Positions 59,213-64,000 of a DNA stretch of 64,000 bases are shown here, in pieces (the stretch's first letter is position 1; each line of letters starts with the position of its first letter). The notes under the pieces are model-generated. The model saw only the letters and a program-made list of their open reading frames with translations, was not told where the DNA came from and searched no databases. The translations under genes and the position numbers were made by a program. Origin of the DNA: Candidatus Nanoarchaeia archaeon (GTDB lineage: Archaea; Nanobdellota; Nanobdellia; Woesearchaeales; DATDXC01); contig DATDXC010000002.1 of assembly GCA_035289425.1 (NCBI GenBank), positions 474-64,473 of the forward strand. Direction: 5' to 3'.

Positions 59213-60247
59213 ATGATAATTGGTTTGACAGGGACCGTTGGAAGCGGAAAAAGCATCCTAGCAGGATTTCTTAGGGAAAAGGGATTTGTGTATCTTTCAT
59301 TGTCTGATGAGCTCAGGCAGATAGCCCATGAGATGAAAGTTGAGCCAAGCAGGAAAAGCCTTCAGGACCTTGGCAATAGTCTGAGGAAGAAGCGCGGCAA
59401 TGGATTTCTGGCAGAGATGGTACTCCGGAAAATAGTCGGGCAGGACTTGAAAAAGGCAGTGGTGGATGGCATACGGAATCCTGCGGAGATAGATATTCTG
59501 AAGGGGAATAAGGGTTTTGTGCTGGTGGGCATAGATGCATCCCAAAAAATACGGTTTGAGAGGGTGCGCAAGCGAAAGCGGCAGAGTGATCCTTCTTCTT
59601 GGAAAGATTTTCTGGCAATGGACGCCAGGGACAAAGGCAAGGGAGAGGGGAGGAGCGGCCAGCAGGTTTTAGCCTGCATCAGGAGAGCTGACTGTACTAT
59701 TTTTAACGAAGGATCCATAACACAACTTCAATCCAGGATTGAAAAACTCTATGACGATATTGACCGAAAAATGCCTCGGCCGAGCTGGGATGAATATTTT
59801 ATAGAAATCAGCAATGCAGTTTCCCGGAGGGCAACCTGCAATCGCGGTAGATCAGGATGCGTAGTTGTTAAGAATAAGCATATCCTAGTAACTGGTTATG
59901 TCGGAAGCCCGCTTGGATTGCCGCATTGTGATGAAGTAGGCCACCAGATGAAGACAGTTGTTCATGAAGATGGAACTAAGACGCAACATTGCCTGCGCAC
60001 AACCCACGCTGAACAAAATGCTATCTGCCAGGCAGCCAAGCTGGGAGTGAGCCTGGATGGGGCAACACTGTATTGTAAGATGACTCCCTGCGCAACCTGT
60101 GCCAAGCTGATCATCAATGCAGGGATAAAACGCGTTGTTGCGCAGCACCGTTATCATGCAGGTTCTGAAACCGAAAAGATGTTTAAGCAGGCAGGCATTA
60201 AGCTAGATATGCTGAATAATGAAGTGTTGGAATACGGTCAGCAATAA
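59213..60247 (+). CDS. bifunctional P-loop nucleotide kinase-like domain / dCMP deaminase fusion protein
   Basis: The N-terminal Walker A is 'IIGLTGTVGSGKS' (a CoaE/dNMP-kinase-like fold, with 'GIRNPAEIDIL'). The C-terminal CMP/dCMP deaminase zinc-binding motifs are 'HAEQNAI' and 'PCATCAKLIINAGIKRVV'. Confidence 0.7.
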   Translation: MIIGLTGTVGSGKSILAGFLREKGFVYLSLSDELRQIAHEMKVEPSRKSLQDLGNSLRKKRGNGFLAEMVLRKIVGQDLKKAVVDGIRNPAEIDILKGNKGFVLVGIDASQKIRFERVRKRKRQSDPSSWKDFLAMDARDKGKGEGRSGQQVLACIRRADCTIFNEGSITQLQSRIEKLYDDIDRKMPRPSWDEYFIEISNAVSRRATCNRGRSGCVVVKNKHILVTGYVGSPLGLPHCDEVGHQMKTVVHEDGTKTQHCLRTTHAEQNAICQAAKLGVSLDGATLYCKMTPCATCAKLIINAGIKRVVAQHRYHAGSETEKMFKQAGIKLDMLNNEVLEYGQQ

Positions 60248-60271
60248 TTAAAGCATATCTTTAAAAATTCT

Positions 60272-60751
60272 ATGTTCTCTATAACCTCTATGGATAAAGC
60301 CATTTTTGCAGCAGGCTGTTTCTGGCATGTAGAACACACATTTAACACAACTCCCGGTGTCATAGAAGCGATTTCCGGATACACTGGTGGAAAATTCAAG
60401 AACCCATCTTATGAAGATGTATGCACTGGAAGTACTGGTCATGCAGAAGCTGTCCAGGTTACCTTTGATTCTAAAAAAATATCCTTTGAGAAATTGCTGG
60501 ATATCTTCTGGAAACTCCATGACCCTACCACCCTAGATAGACAGGGCCCGGACATAGGTTCCCAGTACAGGTCTGCCATCTTCTTTGTTTCAGAAAAGCA
60601 GAAAGCACTGGCAGAGAAATCAAAGCAGGAATATCAAAAGAGATTGCAGAAGCCCATCGTTACTGAAATTACCAAAGCATCAACGTTTTACCCTGCAGAA
60701 GAATACCATCAAAGGTATTATGAAAAGCATAAGGTATTCAAGTGCGGTTAG
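60272..60751 (+). CDS. msrA: peptide methionine sulfoxide reductase MsrA
   Basis: 'AIFAAGCFWHVEHTF' (GCFWG-type active site) and 'YHQRYYEK' are present. Confidence 0.9.
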   Translation: MFSITSMDKAIFAAGCFWHVEHTFNTTPGVIEAISGYTGGKFKNPSYEDVCTGSTGHAEAVQVTFDSKKISFEKLLDIFWKLHDPTTLDRQGPDIGSQYRSAIFFVSEKQKALAEKSKQEYQKRLQKPIVTEITKASTFYPAEEYHQRYYEKHKVFKCG

Positions 60752-60788
60752 CGGTAATTTTATAAATAAATAAAATTTCTAGATAGGC

Positions 60789-61070
60789 ATGAAGGAAATT
60801 ACCGATGAGAAGCTGAAAAAATATTTCAGTGTCACCGAGAAGGCACTAGGACTTGCCCTAAAATCAGGCAACAGAACAGGCATGAAGGCGGAGCGTGATG
60901 ACTGCCTTGACATGATACAAAGATATTGTTCTGATGCAGAGCACTTCTACAAGAAGGGTGATTTTATCAATGCTTTCGCAGCACTTAATTATGCTCATGG
61001 CTGGCTTGATTGCGGGGCTCGGATAGGACTTTTTGATGTGCATGACAGCAGCTTGTTTACCGTTGATTAA
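60789..61070 (+). CDS. DUF357-family archaeal protein
   Basis: A 93 aa protein with 'FAALNYAHGWLDCGARIGLFDV', typical of DUF357. Confidence 0.5.
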   Translation: MKEITDEKLKKYFSVTEKALGLALKSGNRTGMKAERDDCLDMIQRYCSDAEHFYKKGDFINAFAALNYAHGWLDCGARIGLFDVHDSSLFTVD

Positions 61071-61117
61071 CATACACATTTAAATAGTAGAAATGAATTG
61101 TAAGTATCAGAGGAACT

Positions 61118-61399
61118 ATGATAAAGGATGTACATGAAGCAAGAAAGCATATCAACAGGATTGATATGCTGATCATTACTGCATTGGCTGAAAGGATGTC
61201 CTTAATGCCCCATATAGGCCTGTATAAGCAGGAGAGAAAGATTCCTATATTTGATGAAAAGAGGGAAGTTGAGATCATGGGGAAATTGAAGAAGGTCGCT
61301 AAGGAGCACAACTTAGACGAAGGATTTGTGGAAGAGATTTTCTTAAGTATCTTTAATGAAGCCAAAAGAATACAGAATGAAGTCGTCAGTAAATCTTAA
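61118..61399 (+). CDS. chorismate mutase (AroQ class)
   Basis: 'ARKHINRIDMLIITALAERMSL' and 'IFDEKREVEIMGKL' match the AroQ helical fold. Confidence 0.65.
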   Translation: MIKDVHEARKHINRIDMLIITALAERMSLMPHIGLYKQERKIPIFDEKREVEIMGKLKKVAKEHNLDEGFVEEIFLSIFNEAKRIQNEVVSKS

Positions 61400-62349
61400 G
61401 TTTGCATAAACACCTTATGGATGTTTACCGCAACTCCGTTTTCTTGATCCATTATCTCCTTAGAACTCATGCGTGCTGTTCCGATAGCAACCAATTCTTC
61501 CTTAAGCGTCTTGACTGCTACAGTCATCTCTTTGCAAATGCCATCATGTAATTTGGATATGCCGGGGACTTTAAGGTCTATGCCATGCAAGAGGCTTCCG
61601 ACACAATTGTCAAGCACCCAAATACAAAGCATGTGCTGCAGTGCATTCTCGACAGGCTGGATTATCTTCCGTAAGAACGTATCTTGCTGTTTATTGGTAT
61701 AATACCAGAATGCATCCGTGATATCTTGGAGGGAGTATGTAGTAGATTCATCAAATGGACCTGCTTTAGTCCTTCGCAGTTCCTGCATGTGAGCTCCAAT
61801 ACCAAGCTTTTTGCCGATATCATGGCACAGTTTCCGTATATAGGTCCCAGCCTGGCAGCCAACCCTGAAAAGTATATCTTGCTCCTGTATCTCAAGAATC
61901 TCAAGATAGTATATTGTTCTGGTTCGTTCAACCCTCCGAACAGCGCTTTTGAGCGGTGGTTTTTGTCGTATGGCACCGGTAAAATCAGCCAACACTTTCA
62001 TAAGCTGTTTTTCTTCGACAGGCTGGTGCAGATGCATCAGGGCAATATATTCCTTTCCTGCAGGCAGCACTATCTGCACAATGCGGGTTGCCCTTCCCAA
62101 AGCGACAGGCAAAACTCCGGTTACATTAGGGTCCAAGGTCCCAGAATGGCCAGCTTTGCTTAATTTGAAAATGTTCTTCACATACTCACATGCCTGGTGC
62201 GATGTCGGGCCTGCAGGCTTATCGAGATTGATAATGCCATAGTGGATTATCTCTTCCGTAGATCTTTCCGATACATGCTTTCCTAAATGGCCGACAGAAT
62301 CCTTCTTTATGAGAATTTTCCTCTGCACTGATTCGAATGGTAATGGCAT
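61396..62349 (-). CDS. cbf5: H/ACA RNP pseudouridine synthase Cbf5
   Basis: The TruB catalytic motif is 'GHSGTLDPNVTGVLPV'. A C-terminal PUA-like domain is present. Length is 317 aa. Confidence 0.85.
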   Translation of the reverse strand: MPLPFESVQRKILIKKDSVGHLGKHVSERSTEEIIHYGIINLDKPAGPTSHQACEYVKNIFKLSKAGHSGTLDPNVTGVLPVALGRATRIVQIVLPAGKEYIALMHLHQPVEEKQLMKVLADFTGAIRQKPPLKSAVRRVERTRTIYYLEILEIQEQDILFRVGCQAGTYIRKLCHDIGKKLGIGAHMQELRRTKAGPFDESTTYSLQDITDAFWYYTNKQQDTFLRKIIQPVENALQHMLCIWVLDNCVGSLLHGIDLKVPGISKLHDGICKEMTVAVKTLKEELVAIGTARMSSKEIMDQENGVAVNIHKVFMQT

Positions 62350-62383
62350 AAACTTTAGAAATCAGATTTGCTTATTAAAGTTT

Positions 62384-62938
62384 TTATTTCTGCTGTGGAG
62401 CTAACACAAGTTTAGGAAACTTCTTGGCGATAGTTGGATCCTTTGGTGGGTGATGTGTCTTTGGCTTCGCATCCTTAAGTTCCTTAATCTCCTCTTTTTG
62501 AATCTCCTTGGCAATCTCTTGTTTCTCTTCCTTGTGCTCTTCGATCTCTGCTTCCAATCCTGTTTCCTTCTTTATCTTAGGAGCTTTCTTAGCTGCTTTT
62601 TCTTCCTTCAGCTTTTTCTTCGAGAACCTTTTCTTTTGGGGTTCATCAGTATGAATTGCAGGAGCGCCTGCCAGCTCAACAAAAACAGTGCCTTCTTGGT
62701 CTCTAATCGCTGTTACTTTGATATGGTGAGGAGGATTCTTGATGCCATGCTTCCATAACTCCCAGTTGGCAAATTTGCCTATCCGCACATCCTCAGATTT
62801 CATGTGCTTGGCAATAAAGCTTCGCAAGGCTCTTACCGCCTTAGGAGTCCGGTTCCATCGAGGAGCCTTGTTAAACTCTTTTCTCAGAGGAACATTGTAA
62901 GTCCGTTCGAGTTTTTTATCTTCCTGTTTCTTTGCCAT
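62384..62938 (-). CDS. rpl31e: 50S ribosomal protein L31e with a Lys/Glu-rich C-terminal extension
   Basis: Has 'ERTYNVPLRKEFNKAPRWNRTPKAVRALRSFIAKHMK' and 'KFANWELWKHGIKNPPHHIKV'. Confidence 0.85.
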   Translation of the reverse strand: MAKKQEDKKLERTYNVPLRKEFNKAPRWNRTPKAVRALRSFIAKHMKSEDVRIGKFANWELWKHGIKNPPHHIKVTAIRDQEGTVFVELAGAPAIHTDEPQKKRFSKKKLKEEKAAKKAPKIKKETGLEAEIEEHKEEKQEIAKEIQKEEIKELKDAKPKTHHPPKDPTIAKKFPKLVLAPQQK

Positions 62939-62940
62939 AG

Positions 62941-63114
62941 TTATGCTTTTGACTTAGTTCGCTTCCAGCTTCTCTTTACCGCTGTATGCCTTCCTGGATG
63001 CACCCTCTTGCCCTTACCATACTTCTTGAATACAGTCCAAAAAGGTGCCCATCTGGTTTGAGTATTCAACTTAACCAAACGCTGCTTTCTGCTGGGGTGC
63101 TTATTTCGTGCCAT
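62941..63114 (-). CDS. rpl39e: 50S ribosomal protein L39e
   Basis: A 57 aa minus-strand ORF, 'MARNKHPSRKQRLVKLNTQTRWAPFWTVFKKYGKGKRVHPGRHTAVKRSWKRTKSKA'. It falls below the 60 aa cut-off of the ORF track. Confidence 0.75.
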   Translation of the reverse strand: MARNKHPSRKQRLVKLNTQTRWAPFWTVFKKYGKGKRVHPGRHTAVKRSWKRTKSKA

Positions 63115-63115
63115 G

Positions 63116-63436
63116 TTATCTCCTTTGGATTTTAATGTTGGTATTCGATGCCATCTGTTTCAATATTTCCTTCAATTGATCATCAGTTATTTGCTGCACT
63201 TTGCCGCTTTGCAACAGCTGGCCGATCACGATCAAAAGCTGTATCGCCTTTTCTGGATGTGCTGTCTTGACATTGCCATATCTTGCAAGCGCATCCTTGG
63301 TGAAAATCTGTTTCACCACAGCCTCAAGCTGATCGACTTGCTGTTGGATTTGCGCCTGCTCCTGCATATTTTGTTGCAGGCTTTGCCTCTGAAGCTCCTC
63401 TATTTTCCTTCGTTTGATGGCTTCGAGCTCATCCAT
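63116..63436 (-). CDS. PDCD5/TFAR19-like DNA-binding protein
   Basis: A 106 aa protein with 'LEAIKRRKIEELQRQ' and 'ALARYGNVKTAHPEKA'. It sits in the conserved archaeal position between L39e and S19e. Confidence 0.7.
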   Translation of the reverse strand: MDELEAIKRRKIEELQRQSLQQNMQEQAQIQQQVDQLEAVVKQIFTKDALARYGNVKTAHPEKAIQLLIVIGQLLQSGKVQQITDDQLKEILKQMASNTNIKIQRR

Positions 63437-63839
63437 TTTTCAATACGCTGTTCATCAATGCGATGCCTTTGGGCGTGATAATCCTTCCTTTATGGACTCC
63501 TGCAGCTCCCTGTTTTATCAATTCAGCTTTTTCAAGCTGCTGAAGTATCTTGCGAATATGATTTCCTGCTGATTTGTATGTATGCTCAGCAGCCATACCT
63601 CGGTTCTTTCGAGATCCATATTTGATTCTGAGCTTTTCAACGCCAATAGGCCCTTTGAGCATGACCCACCTAAGGATTGAAGCAGCTCTGACATACCACC
63701 AATCGCTGTCCATCGGAGGCCGTTCTCTGCTTATTCCTGTTTTTACGAATGGCGCCCACGCTGGAGCCTTTATGATTTTCTTTAGCTCTGGAGCTATCTT
63801 TTGCACTAACTCTGATGCATCCATGTCATATATTGTCAT
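63429..63839 (-). CDS. rps19e: 30S ribosomal protein S19e
   Basis: Has 'WWYVRAASILRWVMLKGPIGVEKLRIKYG' and 'HKGRIITPKG'. Confidence 0.85.
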   Translation of the reverse strand: MTIYDMDASELVQKIAPELKKIIKAPAWAPFVKTGISRERPPMDSDWWYVRAASILRWVMLKGPIGVEKLRIKYGSRKNRGMAAEHTYKSAGNHIRKILQQLEKAELIKQGAAGVHKGRIITPKGIALMNSVLKNG

Positions 63840-64000
63840 TTTACCTCATGCCTTGCGGCATTAGAAACGCTATCGTAATAGCGTAATACTGAGAAACAGG
63901 ACGTTGTTTATAAAGTTTACTATATCCTTTCCTAGAAATGCGTGTGCTGCTGCAGCTCAGGCAACACCCTATAAGGGAGCAAGATACGGCTTAGTAGAAA

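Noticed and set aside
61684-62242. Plus-strand ORFs of 159 and 97 aa.
   Set aside because: They are antisense to cbf5.
63113-63478. A 121 aa plus-strand ORF.
   Set aside because: It is antisense to the PDCD5-like gene, which has clear family motifs.
1-64000. A search for CRISPR arrays, rRNA genes, integrases or transposases.
   Set aside because: No direct-repeat/spacer periodicity was seen. There are no rRNA-like GC-rich blocks and no recombinase or transposase motifs in any ORF.

Overview
This 64 kb window is an AT-rich archaeal chromosomal segment (roughly 40% GC by eye) that is densely coded on both strands. Archaeal identity is supported by TFB (TFIIB), a complete A1Ao ATP synthase operon in the order H-I-K-E-C-F-A-B-D, archaeal ribosomal proteins L21e, L31e, L39e, S19e and S3Ae, Rpo4/RpoF, Cbf5, Bud32, SepF, DUF655, and an intron-containing tRNA-Gln. 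Core metabolism present includes a histidine block (hisI-G-D-C), a large purine block (purL-Q-S-E-C-suhB-purB-purM, plus a separate divergent purD), pyrF, class Ia ribonucleotide reductase nrdAB, Fe/Mn superoxide dismutase, MsrA, and mntR-mntH. Several genes look bacterial in type within this archaeal context: coaE-coaD, a GHPDK-motif MetK, a PrsA/SurA-like parvulin, and an internalin-like LRR protein.

The most notable observations are these:
- Two copies of a roughly 145-170 nt structured element sit in intergenic regions (17206-17348 and 23277-23443). They share a conserved core hairpin and nested outer helices that are preserved by compensatory base changes, which suggests an unrecognised structured ncRNA family.
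- A winged-HTH domain is fused in frame to the N-terminus of adenylosuccinate lyase (PurB), inside the purine operon.
- A P-loop kinase is fused to dCMP deaminase immediately downstream of nrdAB.
- Two secreted proteins look like surface-interaction factors: an N-glycosylation-rich, cysteine-rich protein with a Kazal-like domain, and a leucine-rich-repeat protein.
- A nucleotidyltransferase/HEPN toxin-antitoxin pair lies near the start of the window.
- Two overlapping small zinc-ribbon ORFs diverge from a PhoU-like gene across an AT-rich palindromic promoter region.

All calls come from reading the translated ORFs and the raw sequence. No database searches were run.
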